Source: a virus
Lineage: Duplodnaviria > Caudoviricetes
Reading direction: 5' to 3' (one strand)
IMG/VR virus record: IMGVR_UViG_3300005937_000002
Coordinates: 17,985 to 81,984 of that record
Length of the DNA: 64,000 bases
Both the position numbers and the translations under genes were made by a program. The notes under the pieces were generated by a model. The model saw only the letters and a list, made by a program, of their open reading frames with translations, did not search any database and was not told the DNA's origin. Shown in pieces: positions 11,201 through 20,323 of this stretch (position 1 is its first letter; every line of letters begins with the position of its first letter).

Positions 11201-12191
11201 ACGCTGCAGTGTCAATATCCTCACCAGCAACCAACGTACCAATGCGACCAACCAAACCGGCAATGGCAGCCGCGTCAGCCGCTTCAACGGCGGACAAACT
11301 ACCACTGACAAGCACACCACCAGCAAACGCTGCAGCATCAGCAGCCTCAGTTGCATCTAGTGTACCACTGACAACAACATTACCAGCAAACAGTGCAACG
11401 TCAGCAGCTTCAGTTGCTGCCAGCACACCGGCAACAACTACAGTGCCGGCAAAAGCAGCAACGTCAGCCGCTTCAACTGCAGCCAGCGTACCAGTAACAA
11501 CAGCACCAGCGGTGAAGCTGGCAACATCAGATGCTTCCGTAGCAGCCAGCACACCGCTGATTTTGACATTGCCGACAAAGGCGGCAGTGTCCGGGAGCTC
11601 AGTAGCGGTCAGCGTACCAGTAACAACTACACCACCGGCAAAAGCAGCAATGTCCGCAGTCTCAAACGCAGCCAGCGCACCACTTACAGGGGCAGTGCCG
11701 GCAAAGGCGGCAACGTCCGGGAGCTCAGTGGCGGCCAGCGTGGCCAGGCGGCCCACCAGGCCGGCAAGGGCTGCAGTGTCACCAGCTTCATTGGCGACCA
11801 ATGTGCCGTAGGTGACCAGGCCACCTGCGAAGGACGCACTATCAGCCGCCTCAGTGGCAACCAGCGTGCCTTTGACAGGCACAGTGCCGACCAGGGCTGC
11901 GGTGTCACCAGCTTCCGTGGCGGCCAGCGTGCCATAGGTGACCAGGCCACCGGCAAAGGACGCAACGTCAGCCGCCTCAGTGGCGGCCAACGTGGCAAGG
12001 CGGCCCAGCAGGCCGGCAAACGTGGCAGCGTCCGCAGCTTCAGTTGCCGCCAACGTGCCATAGGTGATCACACCACCGGCAAAGGCAGCAGTGTCAGCCG
12101 CCTCGGTGGCAGCCAACGTACCGCTAATGCGGCCGTATGCATACGGCAGCGTAGCTAGATTAGGTTGACCTAAGCCGCCTTGTGCAAGCAT
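8214..12191 (-). CDS. Large Ala/Gly/Thr/Val-rich repeat protein, probable virion fibre
   Basis: 40 tandem 21-aa repeats (A.E..D.A.F.G.V...G.L.) then a second G.G.L.A-type repeat region; 1325 aa open. Confidence 0.8.
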   Translation of the reverse strand: MLAQGGLGQPNLATLPYAYGRISGTLAATEAADTAAFAGGVITYGTLAATEAADAATFAGLLGRLATLAATEAADVASFAGGLVTYGTLAATEAGDTAALVGTVPVKGTLVATEAADSASFAGGLVTYGTLVANEAGDTAALAGLVGRLATLAATELPDVAAFAGTAPVSGALAAFETADIAAFAGGVVVTGTLTATELPDTAAFVGNVKISGVLAATEASDVASFTAGAVVTGTLAAVEAADVAAFAGTVVVAGVLAATEAADVALFAGNVVVSGTLDATEAADAAAFAGGVLVSGSLSAVEAADAAAIAGLVGRIGTLVAGEDIDTAAFAGIVPIAGVLAAIEVADTAAFTGSVKISGTLAAAEATDTAAFAGNVQIVGTLAATEAVDVAYFTAGTVVSGTLIATEAADVFVATGTIQVVGTLAAVEAADVFDAAGAVRIAGALLATEGTDAFAGTGTLPIAGVLAATEAADIFAATGTIPIVGTLAALEAPDVANFIAGTVITGTLTTTEAADEFVATGVVPVTGALFATEASDAFAGTGVVSISGTLGALEDADAFAATGIIPIVGTLVAIEAVDVAAIAGTVAIAGTLAAAEAADAFDAAGQVRVAGTLFATEADDVFAGTGTLPIAGVLAATEAADVFVAVGTAQIAGTLVAVEFADVALFDGQIGHTGALAAIEAADSFVGAGKIIVSGVLAATEAVDVFAGTGTIKVTGALAAIETADSFAAVGQVAVTGTLGATEAADTAALAGLLGRLATFAAVEGADTVAFSGAVPSQGILAATEEPDVFAGTGLTITGGFLFAVEAPDVFLASGTVAVTGTLIAAEAPDIFVATGKVAISGTLAATEASDIFHADTSLVTNAYGDLFAQNSVIVGVGVVASESVTAALATSVSTLSGAGTSMALATTATLAAQSVSMAASGHGISLATGMLVVQPASADGTSVGRDIGTGALVAERAAVSGTIIGLSVGSGALAASAAAVAGTGIEWSAGTGDLAAQSAKIIGIGYSVSISSGVLQTRAAAAVGAGLISSDGVGTLQSQPAAIISNIVGMSVGDGVLTQQTHSAAGAGALLAPNAGILPAQVATVVGQGQIISIATGTLVSNNVAIFAIAYTAWAGAGALFVDYAQASGTAYSEAVAFGDIAARAAYISGFVAPINYGDGTLVAHSANIVSDGYVFDDIRDDTLEHVYWQVVIAPVEFSVDIERAIYSDVIFERATRLSVQLPAHSNLSGVVTHAEQLSVTMVHTANNSGSVVDASIDTAAAIAVEFDTVIDSTVYMGVTVVEHTTRLATIWDGSSDLGGVMVMATPLTTTLHLYEYELKQAA

Positions 12192-12197
12192 TGTTTG

Positions 12198-12617
12198 TTA
12201 ACTGAATATCTCATCTGCACGTGCCTGCGTCAGCACACCGGCTGCAACCAAGTCCTCCTTGATCTTGATGGACTTCTGTTTGTTCAGGTCAACCAAGTCA
12301 TTGGTGACAACAATGTCCCAATTTTTGCTGTAACCAACCTTGTTGTTGGCAATGTCAGCCGCACGCTGTTTGCATACCGCCAAATATTCCTGATTGGTGA
12401 ACCTGGCAATGAAGTCAGTGGTTGGTATTCTATTTTCATATTGTTTGGTGGGGTCATGCGCAATAATCACACCGTCAAGCGTAGTGTTTTGTTCAGTGGT
12501 CAAAAACTCTCGCCCTGTAATCGTGTCACTGGTAGCACCCCAGGCCAGCGGCAATCCACCCAAGCCGGCTGCTATCACTTCATCACCAAACAAAGGACCT
12601 AACTGTTTACCTGCCAT
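12198..12617 (-). CDS. Hypothetical protein (fibre-associated?)
   Basis: 139-aa ORF with RBS, tightly packed in the late operon. Confidence 0.7.
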   Translation of the reverse strand: MAGKQLGPLFGDEVIAAGLGGLPLAWGATSDTITGREFLTTEQNTTLDGVIIAHDPTKQYENRIPTTDFIARFTNQEYLAVCKQRAADIANNKVGYSKNWDIVVTNDLVDLNKQKSIKIKEDLVAAGVLTQARADEIFS

Positions 12618-12618
12618 G

Positions 12619-14601
12619 TTACCCTCTTATGATTGCCGATGCGCTCAAATAGAAATTCATGGCAACACCATTGCCCATGCCCAAAGGCACCACGTAATGT
12701 GATCCATCAGCTAATGCACCGGCATTGCCTGCACCACCAACGCCTCCCCACCAAGTGGCATTGCCGATGGTATGATTGACAACTTGCGGCAACAAACCAG
12801 TAGGACCATCAACACCAACACTGGCACCAGGCGTACCTGCAGCCGTTGACAACACGCTACCTTCAACAGCTACAAACACACTTTCATCTGCCCAATTGCA
12901 AAAATAAGCACGGTAAGCCGCACCTAAATCTAAAAGCGTGGAAGAAGTAGTTTGCACACCATTGGTGTTGGCACCAGCAGCCACAATATTGCGCCTGTTG
13001 AACCAACTAATAACACCACGGTTGGCTGGTGTGTTTTGAAAATTAGCACCAGGATTAGACATTTGCACCATGCCGATAAGTATATGCGTTGCATAGCCAG
13101 TTGGATACACCACGCCTACATTGCCAGGCGTAGTGTCCCGTGTAAGCGATATGTTTGAAGAAAAATGCGGCGTCAACGCACCAGCATTGTCAAACAATGA
13201 CACCAAATAAGTTTGTCCAACACCGAGGTTCTGCCCAGCCGCACCATTAACAAAAACATTGGTATTGGCCATGCTAATGCCGGCAGCCGGTATTTGATAC
13301 AGCTTGCCATTCAATTTGATGCGATTGCCAATATATGGAATAAACCGGCATGAAGTAGTTGAAACATATTCAAAGCGACCATGCCCTGGCGTCAATTCAG
13401 CGGCTTGCGTCCCACCACCAGTGGCAGTGGCACCACCATAAGCCACCACGTCCCAATCAGCCGACGGTGACCCTGGCGTGAACATACAGTGACAGTCATA
13501 AGCGGTATTGCCCTTGGCACCGCCATCCTTCTGACCTTGCGCCAAGGAACAATAAGTTGGTGCCGTTGCAAACAATCCAACTTGTTCATCCCAATACATC
13601 AAATTATTTGAAACTTGCGTCACCTGCACAGCAACGCGCACTACCGAGCCAATAGGCACCAACAGCGGCGTTATGCTTTGCCAATGCATACCCGCTACAT
13701 TGGGCGTAATCGTAATACTGTCTTTGGTCTGACCGTTGACCAGCAACGCCATGGCATGCAGTGCGCCAACATTCTGCGCACTAACATCAACACCATACTG
13801 ATTGACCCAGCCACCGCTGCTGAGCGTCCATTCATTGGCCACCGTATAGGAGGCACGTACATTTTGCTCATTTGGCAAGAACGCTGCAGGCAATAAATTT
13901 ATTTCAGCACCAGTCGGCTGCGGTGCCGGCCTATCACTGGTGTTCTTATTGGCGACCATGGTCCAGCCGCCGTCACGCGTCATGTCTTGTTTAAGGAATG
14001 ACTGCGGTGGACCGATGTAAGGTATCCACCGCATGAACACGTCACTCAGGCCAGTCCAAATATTATTGCGGCGTGCATAATAGTCACCGTCACTAGGCGC
14101 ATCAGGCAAAATGTCCTCGGCAACTGCAACAACAAATACCTGCGCGTTGCCTGACAGGGTGAGCAATGAACCAGTAGAAGACTTCTGACCTGGCACGGTG
14201 CCATCCATGGCACCTACTGCACGTGATAGCTGCAAGCTGCCGGCGGTGTAGGTGCCAGGGCCATATTCCCAAGCACCATTATTATCCAGCACCAAATAAC
14301 GGACAACATCACCGTTGACCACACCGGCATTGGCAAACGTCTGCCAGGCCGCAGAAATCATGGTGACGTTGGCCGCAAGCGCAGTGCCCAGCGTAATGGG
14401 GCCGGCACCAGCCGTGCTGGTGCTGACGCCTGCGCGATTTTTAAGAACAGCCATTGACGCCTTTGCCGGTGATATTGCAATGATGGCAATCGCAAATACA
14501 AATAAAACTACCGCTATCCAACTGGCAACAATCAACACGCGTCGCCACAGCGGCATGGTTGCCCAGTTCAACTCTAGCCATTCCCATAGGTTCAAGGTCA
14601 C
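12619..14601 (-). CDS. Tail/head fibre-like protein
   Basis: MAVLKNRA..STSTAGAGPITLG start-like motif at 14454, DAPSDGDYYARRN motif, Gly-rich beta regions; an upstream in-frame hydrophobic segment makes the start uncertain. Confidence 0.7.
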   Translation of the reverse strand: MTLNLWEWLELNWATMPLWRRVLIVASWIAVVLFVFAIAIIAISPAKASMAVLKNRAGVSTSTAGAGPITLGTALAANVTMISAAWQTFANAGVVNGDVVRYLVLDNNGAWEYGPGTYTAGSLQLSRAVGAMDGTVPGQKSSTGSLLTLSGNAQVFVVAVAEDILPDAPSDGDYYARRNNIWTGLSDVFMRWIPYIGPPQSFLKQDMTRDGGWTMVANKNTSDRPAPQPTGAEINLLPAAFLPNEQNVRASYTVANEWTLSSGGWVNQYGVDVSAQNVGALHAMALLVNGQTKDSITITPNVAGMHWQSITPLLVPIGSVVRVAVQVTQVSNNLMYWDEQVGLFATAPTYCSLAQGQKDGGAKGNTAYDCHCMFTPGSPSADWDVVAYGGATATGGGTQAAELTPGHGRFEYVSTTSCRFIPYIGNRIKLNGKLYQIPAAGISMANTNVFVNGAAGQNLGVGQTYLVSLFDNAGALTPHFSSNISLTRDTTPGNVGVVYPTGYATHILIGMVQMSNPGANFQNTPANRGVISWFNRRNIVAAGANTNGVQTTSSTLLDLGAAYRAYFCNWADESVFVAVEGSVLSTAAGTPGASVGVDGPTGLLPQVVNHTIGNATWWGGVGGAGNAGALADGSHYVVPLGMGNGVAMNFYLSASAIIRG

Positions 14602-14975
14602 GTGGCGTGTGTGATAGTGCCTGACGTGATTGTCACGGTCTGACCGCTGGTGATGCTGACACTATCAAGATTGATTTCTTGACCGGACGTGCCCACCGTC
14701 AAATTATTGACCTTCACCACGCCACCGCCATCCTTGATCCGCGCCACGGCTGCAGTACCTGTAGCACTGGCCACGCCTGACTTGGGCGTGCCGGCCATTG
14801 TCATCACCGCACCGCTGACGGTGAAACTAGGATCAGCCAGCGTGATTATCGCCAGCACACTGGCAAAGGCCGCCGTGCAAATCTCAAGCGTTGCAGGGTT
14901 CGCATGATTGTCAATCTGCGTCACCGTGGTGTTCAGCCGCGCAGTCTTAGTTGCAGTGTCATAGTTGACAGCCAT
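14598..14975 (-). CDS. Small beta-rich virion protein (paralog 1)
   Basis: 125 aa; A.G.AA.ARI.DGGG and INL.SVSI..GQTVTITS.T.T motifs shared with the next ORF. Confidence 0.7.
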   Translation of the reverse strand: MAVNYDTATKTARLNTTVTQIDNHANPATLEICTAAFASVLAIITLADPSFTVSGAVMTMAGTPKSGVASATGTAAVARIKDGGGVVKVNNLTVGTSGQEINLDSVSITSGQTVTITSGTITHAT

Positions 14976-14995
14976 GACTGTTGCACTCCGTTAGT

Positions 14996-15373
14996 TCAAG
15001 GTGGTCCGCTGTAAGTGAGTGAGGCAACGCGCACTGTTTGACCGGCGGACACAACTACAGAATTCATCTGTATGTCGCCGCCACCACCCACCGCAGTCAC
15101 AGTGCAAAAGATAATGGGCGCACCGCCACCCTGGCGCAATTCAGCCTTGGCAATGGTGCCGCCAATCGCATTGGTGTCATCAGTGATGGCATTGGCCGTT
15201 GCAGTGCCGCCAGCCGAGTTGCCAAACGCTGGATTGGTAAACGTCAACGTGGCCACCACCGCACCACCAGCCGTCAACATGACCAGCTTGCCAGGCGGTG
15301 CATTCAGATCCAACTGATCAACGGCATAATTGCACAAACCATCCCTGACCGCCGGAGGATGCGTCACCGCCAT
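14996..15373 (-). CDS. Small beta-rich virion protein (paralog 2)
   Basis: 125 aa; same layout as 14598..14975 (IQMNSVVVSAGQTVRVASLTY). Confidence 0.7.
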   Translation of the reverse strand: MAVTHPPAVRDGLCNYAVDQLDLNAPPGKLVMLTAGGAVVATLTFTNPAFGNSAGGTATANAITDDTNAIGGTIAKAELRQGGGAPIIFCTVTAVGGGGDIQMNSVVVSAGQTVRVASLTYSGPP

Positions 15374-15591
15374 TAGATCACCTCCCCAATGCCGCCAAGC
15401 ATTGCCGGCCTGGTGCCATTGCGTATGTCAACCAGCTTCACCAAGCCGGCAAACAACCAACGCTCCAAAGCCTGCGCCAATATGGTGCCATTCTCACAGT
15501 AGTAGCGGGAGCCTGGCAAATAAACGCCGAGCAACTGATTGTCATCAGTGTACAACTCCAACTCTTGCAACGGTTCAAAAACGCGCATCAC
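15373..15591 (-). CDS. Hypothetical protein
   Basis: 72-aa ORF with stop/start overlaps on both sides. Confidence 0.6.
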   Translation of the reverse strand: MMRVFEPLQELELYTDDNQLLGVYLPGSRYYCENGTILAQALERWLFAGLVKLVDIRNGTRPAMLGGIGEVI

Positions 15592-15962
15592 GTACCCGGC
15601 ACATAAAATCCATCAACGCCAACTACAGGGCGGTGCAGCTTTTTGGTCAGGTCAACCGCGGCTTTGCTGTTCAGGTGCAGGTCAGCAGCCTTCAGCTTGC
15701 CTTGCCGCCACTGCCGCTCGAGGAGAGCCTTGATGCTGTTGTGATGCCAAAAGCAAGCCGGCTGCCAGTTGCCTTCATCCCACATTAAAGCCTGGTCACC
15801 CTCATGCGGTATCACGTGGTCAACGCAGTCCGTCTCACGCTGCAGGCCAACCGCCCAGCAGCCCAGGCACAACGGGTGGTGCTGCCTGTACTCATTTGCC
15901 TGCTGTATCCACTGCCTGGTGTAACCACGCTGGTGAAAGGTGGGTTTACCTACAGTGCGCAT
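15588..15962 (-). CDS. HNH endonuclease (terminase-associated type)
   Basis: PLCLGC...VDHVIPH.GD..L.WD..NWQ..C..HH.SIK; C-terminal VGVDGF tail. Confidence 0.9.
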   Translation of the reverse strand: MRTVGKPTFHQRGYTRQWIQQANEYRQHHPLCLGCWAVGLQRETDCVDHVIPHEGDQALMWDEGNWQPACFWHHNSIKALLERQWRQGKLKAADLHLNSKAAVDLTKKLHRPVVGVDGFYVPGT

Positions 15963-16026
15963 GCTCCCGCACTACCGGGCAAAAAAAGACCGATGGAATG
16001 GGCAGAACATGAATGGCACTGGCACG

Positions 16027-16572
16027 CTAGCTTGCGGCCAGCAACTCTGTTTCATGACAAGTAACTGATACTTCCTTGCCCAACATTGTGAGCAACACAC
16101 GTGCTTTGTGATCATTGGTCATGCCGTCATACACCGCAGCCAGGTTGCTGCCTGCCTGCCGTAGCGTGACGTACTGACCAATGAAGAATTTTCCGTTGAT
16201 CCTAATGTAGCCGGTTGGCCCTTCACGCTTGCGCAGTTCAGCAACTACATCAGGCCGCACCGCGGCAATCCCTCTGCCACAGCGCAGGAAGTCATATACA
16301 TGTTTGCACCGGAGTAGCATGCGCCACTGATCCACAACCCAGACAAACACATATGCCGGAAACAACGGCTTGGCCGTCATACCACTGCGCGGCAGGTTCA
16401 ACAAGTACTTTGGGCAATAACTTGGCACGTCCAAAGTCTTCATCATTTGTTGCACTGCAAACTCACAACCGGTTTTAACTCTCAGCAGAGCAACTATTTG
16501 TTGTTTGTTACACATGGGCAAAATCCTAACGTTGTTAGGAATGGATTTTCTGACGGAACTTACCGCCGCCAT
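16027..16572 (-). CDS. NusG/RfaH-like transcription antitermination factor
   Basis: NGN domain (SYCP...PLFPAYVFV) and C-terminal KOW-like region (F..GQ.V.L...ARVLLTMLGKEVSV); first gene of the late operon. Confidence 0.85.
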   Translation of the reverse strand: MAAVSSVRKSIPNNVRILPMCNKQQIVALLRVKTGCEFAVQQMMKTLDVPSYCPKYLLNLPRSGMTAKPLFPAYVFVWVVDQWRMLLRCKHVYDFLRCGRGIAAVRPDVVAELRKREGPTGYIRINGKFFIGQYVTLRQAGSNLAAVYDGMTNDHKARVLLTMLGKEVSVTCHETELLAAS

Positions 16573-17004
16573 CCCCCGGATGCCAAGTGCGCACTGACGT
16601 GCACCTCAACCATTATGTCATTTCGCCAACGTTTACAAGCCTGTTACAGGGCTTTGCAGGTGGTCGCGGCATTTGCCGACGCGAAAAAGTATTAACGCGG
16701 CATGATTTTTATTAATACAAACAACAACATAATCACATGCCGACGAGGATGCTACATGGTGGGCCAAATTGACACCACACACCACCCCTACCCTGCCCTG
16801 TATAGTGCGTTGTGTGGTGGGTAATATATATATATGTTCGTCGTCGTCGTCGTAATATATAATAAATACATGTAAACACACGATTTTTCTGGCGACGACC
16901 ATTGGCGACGACGTCGCCATTTGTGTCACCAGTGTGCCACTGTCGTCGTTCTTAACAATCAGCCATTTATTGCACTGCACCCATTGAATGGCGCACGTCG
17001 GCCG

Positions 17005-19182
17005 TCACATATCTTCTTCTGCTTTCAACGTGCTCCAAGCATTGTCACCGTCCCAGCAGCCCTGTGGGCCATACAGCTTGTCCCAAGCTGCGCGGGCTTC
17101 CGCCAGCGGCAGCATTTGCCGTGCGCGTGCCTTGCTTTTTATGCGCGTGCGCGGGCAACCTACATCATCAAACTTCTTGCCCAGTGTATTAGGACTCTCT
17201 GGTTGCAGCCGCGGTGATAATTCTTTCATATATTTGTACAGCAGGCTGCACGGTGCTTTAGGCACACCACTATCATCAACAAGCCCTGGCACGCGGCCGT
17301 CATGTATCAATTCAAACCAAGCCGCTTCAAATGGACTGAGTGACGCTTGTTGTTGTTCGCTCAGCGCTTTGGTGCGCGGCACGTCACGCCGCGGGTGCCA
17401 CGTGCCGATATCCATGTTCATCAAGTCATGCATCATGGCACCAATGCCGCCATTGTCCCGTTCCTTATGCAATGCTTCAAAATAATCAAAGTTGCCAATG
17501 TATTTGTTGGATACGCGGAATACCGCATAGCGCCTTTCATCATGACTAGCCGGCACAATCCATTCAGCGTTGGCCGCCATGATGATGTGCATGCAATTTT
17601 TCATTTCAACGGAGTCGGCGCGTTTCTTTTCAATTAGCAACGTCGGTTCCGTGACCAGACGCTTGATGTTGCCTTCTGACTTTTTATCACCAGGCCACCA
17701 GGCTTCATCAGCAAACAACAAGGCACAATCACTCAGGTGCATATTGAATTTGCCCGTCAAGTGATCCGGCGTTGATATGTGTCTACCGTGATCCCCGAAC
17801 GCTCGCTTGATCGCAAGCGCGAATACGCCTTTGCCGGCACCTTTGCCACCCTGTAACACCAGGGCGACCTCCGCCTGTTTGCCTGGGTTTTGAAATGTCC
17901 AAGCTAACCACCGCACAATATACGTTTCATAGGCTGCATTGCCGTCAGCTATTACATCCTTGATGTGCTGGCGCATCAGTGACCAATCACCGGGTGCCGG
18001 TGCTACGCCCCACTCACGCCATAAATTGAAATGACCACCAATCACGCGCGGCTGCCCTGGCTCAAAGCACAACCCAGTATATTGCTTGCGCTCCGGATGC
18101 TTGAACCACCAGGTAGCCAGACCTTTCTTGCCGACGCGCTTGTTGTCATACAGGGCAGTGAATTCCCTGGGACGCAGTAGTTCAATGCCCATCTGATTGG
18201 TCATTTCATTCATAGCACGCTCAACTACAAATACACTTCCGCCAAACTTAACTACGCACCATTTTTCATTGCAACGTTCCAAGGTGTCATCTTCATCAAC
18301 GGTCTTGTACTCAAGTATCTTGGCCAGCGCTTTGACCCGCCCTTCACCGTATTGCTCAATCATCTTGGGCATGCCGTAGGTCTGCTGCCCAGCAAGCGTG
18401 TTCTCAGCGCTTGATCTGGCGGCCTGCCAGCGGTCATGCACTTCATCGTCGCCGGCAGCGGTGGCTACCACCCGCACCATGTATTCAATTTCCTCCAAAC
18501 TTAGTCCGGCCCTTGCAAGAAATGCCCCTGTAATAAACGCGCACTCGTGCCGGCCGCCCTTCATGGTAGGCCAGCCGCGCAGCAGCAAACAGGCCGCCGC
18601 CAGGTGGCGGGCGGCCTTCAGCAGGGTGCCGTACATTACTTCCGCAGGTTCACCGTTGTTTGACCATTCAATTTCTTCACCGCTTTCATGCACTGAGCCT
18701 GGAAATATTGTTTGTATTGCACGGCCGCCAGTGCCCCAGCGCAACTCCAACAAACAGCCTTTGTCCTCGTCTTCAAAGCGCAGCACCGCCTTGGGCAGGC
18801 CGACGGCGTCCGGCGCATAATAAAGCCAGTGTGACCGCGGCTTGCCGCGCCTACCAAATATTGCATCAGTGGCCAGCATGAAATGCTCAGCCAGCAACAC
18901 CGCTTCCTTGCAGTCAAGGTCACCGTCAGCCAAGCCAAACGCACCCAGGCGCACGCCGATGTTCTTGCGCATGCCTTTTGGGAAGTACTGATCAACGTTG
19001 CTCAGATTGATTTCAACTTCAGCCCATTTGGTATTGTCACCCTTGGTCCCCAGCGGCCATGACACCACCTGCCAGCCGCACATGATGTAATTGCGCGCCA
19101 CCTTGTTGGTCAGGTCAGGGTCGCCCTTGGGGATGACCAGACGGATGAACGGTGGCCTGCCGCCAGCTTGCTTGTTTGTCAT
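17005..19182 (-). CDS. Primase-polymerase / SF3 helicase (NrS-1-like)
   Basis: N-terminal prim-pol (NIGVRLG...ADGDLD, QTIFPGSVHESGE); C-terminal P-loop LQGGKGAGKG, LLFADE; GGAGGG RBS before the ATG at 19182. Confidence 0.88.
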   Translation of the reverse strand: MTNKQAGGRPPFIRLVIPKGDPDLTNKVARNYIMCGWQVVSWPLGTKGDNTKWAEVEINLSNVDQYFPKGMRKNIGVRLGAFGLADGDLDCKEAVLLAEHFMLATDAIFGRRGKPRSHWLYYAPDAVGLPKAVLRFEDEDKGCLLELRWGTGGRAIQTIFPGSVHESGEEIEWSNNGEPAEVMYGTLLKAARHLAAACLLLRGWPTMKGGRHECAFITGAFLARAGLSLEEIEYMVRVVATAAGDDEVHDRWQAARSSAENTLAGQQTYGMPKMIEQYGEGRVKALAKILEYKTVDEDDTLERCNEKWCVVKFGGSVFVVERAMNEMTNQMGIELLRPREFTALYDNKRVGKKGLATWWFKHPERKQYTGLCFEPGQPRVIGGHFNLWREWGVAPAPGDWSLMRQHIKDVIADGNAAYETYIVRWLAWTFQNPGKQAEVALVLQGGKGAGKGVFALAIKRAFGDHGRHISTPDHLTGKFNMHLSDCALLFADEAWWPGDKKSEGNIKRLVTEPTLLIEKKRADSVEMKNCMHIIMAANAEWIVPASHDERRYAVFRVSNKYIGNFDYFEALHKERDNGGIGAMMHDLMNMDIGTWHPRRDVPRTKALSEQQQASLSPFEAAWFELIHDGRVPGLVDDSGVPKAPCSLLYKYMKELSPRLQPESPNTLGKKFDDVGCPRTRIKSKARARQMLPLAEARAAWDKLYGPQGCWDGDNAWSTLKAEEDM

Positions 19183-19238
19183 CTCACCCTCCCGCATTAC
19201 CGCTGTAAAGCAAGCACGCAGTTGCAAAAAAAATGCGC

Positions 19239-19267
19239 TTGCTTTGTGCGCCACCCGGCATTATACT
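19239..19267 (+). promoter_or_regulatory. Sigma70-type promoter for the replication / nucleotide-metabolism operon
   Basis: TTGCTT-17 bp-TATACT, divergent from the primase gene. Confidence 0.7.
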
Positions 19268-19343
19268 CCCCGACCGAGGCCGCTGCCAAACCTTTTCAAT
19301 AGGATCAACAATGCGCACCGCGCGCAAACAAGGAGTCTTGACC

Positions 19344-19862
19344 ATGCGCGAACAACTAATACAAATATTTGATGAATGGGAAGAAGAAGGCACACTCAGC
19401 GGCCCATGGCTGCACCGCAAGCTGTGCCGGCAACTCAATCATGACCCTGACGATGATGAAACTGAAGTAACCTTGGGTGAAGTGCTGGCTGTCGCTTTCA
19501 ATGGTGCAACACCACAACCAACAACAACAAATAAACAGCCGCCGCCGCCAATCAAAATCATCAGCAAGGCCAGCCGCCAGGCAGTTGAAGAAACATTGCA
19601 ACAGGTCATAGACGATGAAATTGAGTACCGTTGCGGTGCCAAGGCCCTGTTGAATAGCGGCTGGGATTTCACTGACAGCGCCAACATGATGACAAAGAAG
19701 CCCAAGCAAGTCATTCAATACCTGCAGGATTTGACCTGGGAATTCGGCAAGTTTAGCTTGATGGCACCCAACCGCCGCAACTACTTGCAAATGATCATTC
19801 ATGCCTACCGCCGCAGCAATCAGCATGAAAAGGATGAACCCGATGCTGACGTCCTTACCTGA
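19344..19862 (+). CDS. Hypothetical protein
   Basis: AAGGAG RBS before the ATG at 19344. Confidence 0.65.
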   Translation: MREQLIQIFDEWEEEGTLSGPWLHRKLCRQLNHDPDDDETEVTLGEVLAVAFNGATPQPTTTNKQPPPPIKIISKASRQAVEETLQQVIDDEIEYRCGAKALLNSGWDFTDSANMMTKKPKQVIQYLQDLTWEFGKFSLMAPNRRNYLQMIIHAYRRSNQHEKDEPDADVLT

Positions 19863-20133
19863 ACCACGCAGCCAACTACAAATAGACCTGGCCAGGCGCA
19901 TTGATGAACGCCTGCGCCAGGTGATAAAGGACACTATCGTCACCTACCAGGCCGCGGACCTGCGGCCACGCGACGCCCACAGTGACCTGTCAATTGCCTT
20001 AATGGCACTGACCGCTGAACTGATCGCGCTTGCTCCGCAGGTCGATGCGCCAGGTGCCGGTAAAATGCTGGCCAAGGTCATCACTGCCTGCCGCAAAAAA
20101 CTACAACGGAGCACCAACAATGACAACAACTAA
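19843..20133 (+). CDS. Hypothetical protein
   Basis: AAGGA RBS; helical ORF in the operon. Confidence 0.6.
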   Translation: MLTSLPEPRSQLQIDLARRIDERLRQVIKDTIVTYQAADLRPRDAHSDLSIALMALTAELIALAPQVDAPGAGKMLAKVITACRKKLQRSTNNDNN

Positions 20134-20323
20134 CAAACTAGTTTACTGTTTTGAAATCACAAAAACGCCTGACGGCTATCAGGTCTGGTTCAAGGTACCT
20201 AACGCCAGCATGCTGGCAATCAGCAGGCAATATGCCACCAAGGCGGAGGCCTATCAAGCCATCGCCATACTGCGCCAACATGCCGCCACCGCGCCAATAG
20301 ATGACCTGACAATATATGACTGA
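20120..20323 (+). CDS. YegP/DUF1508-like protein
   Basis: FEI.K..DGY...FK..N..MLA.S..Y.TKA.A.QAI..LRQHA..API.D pattern. Confidence 0.7.
   Translation: MTTTNKLVYCFEITKTPDGYQVWFKVPNASMLAISRQYATKAEAYQAIAILRQHAATAPIDDLTIYD

Noticed and set aside
16633-16980. 115-aa ORF downstream of the primase
   Set aside because: Low-complexity translation of simple repeats; no RBS; more likely regulatory DNA
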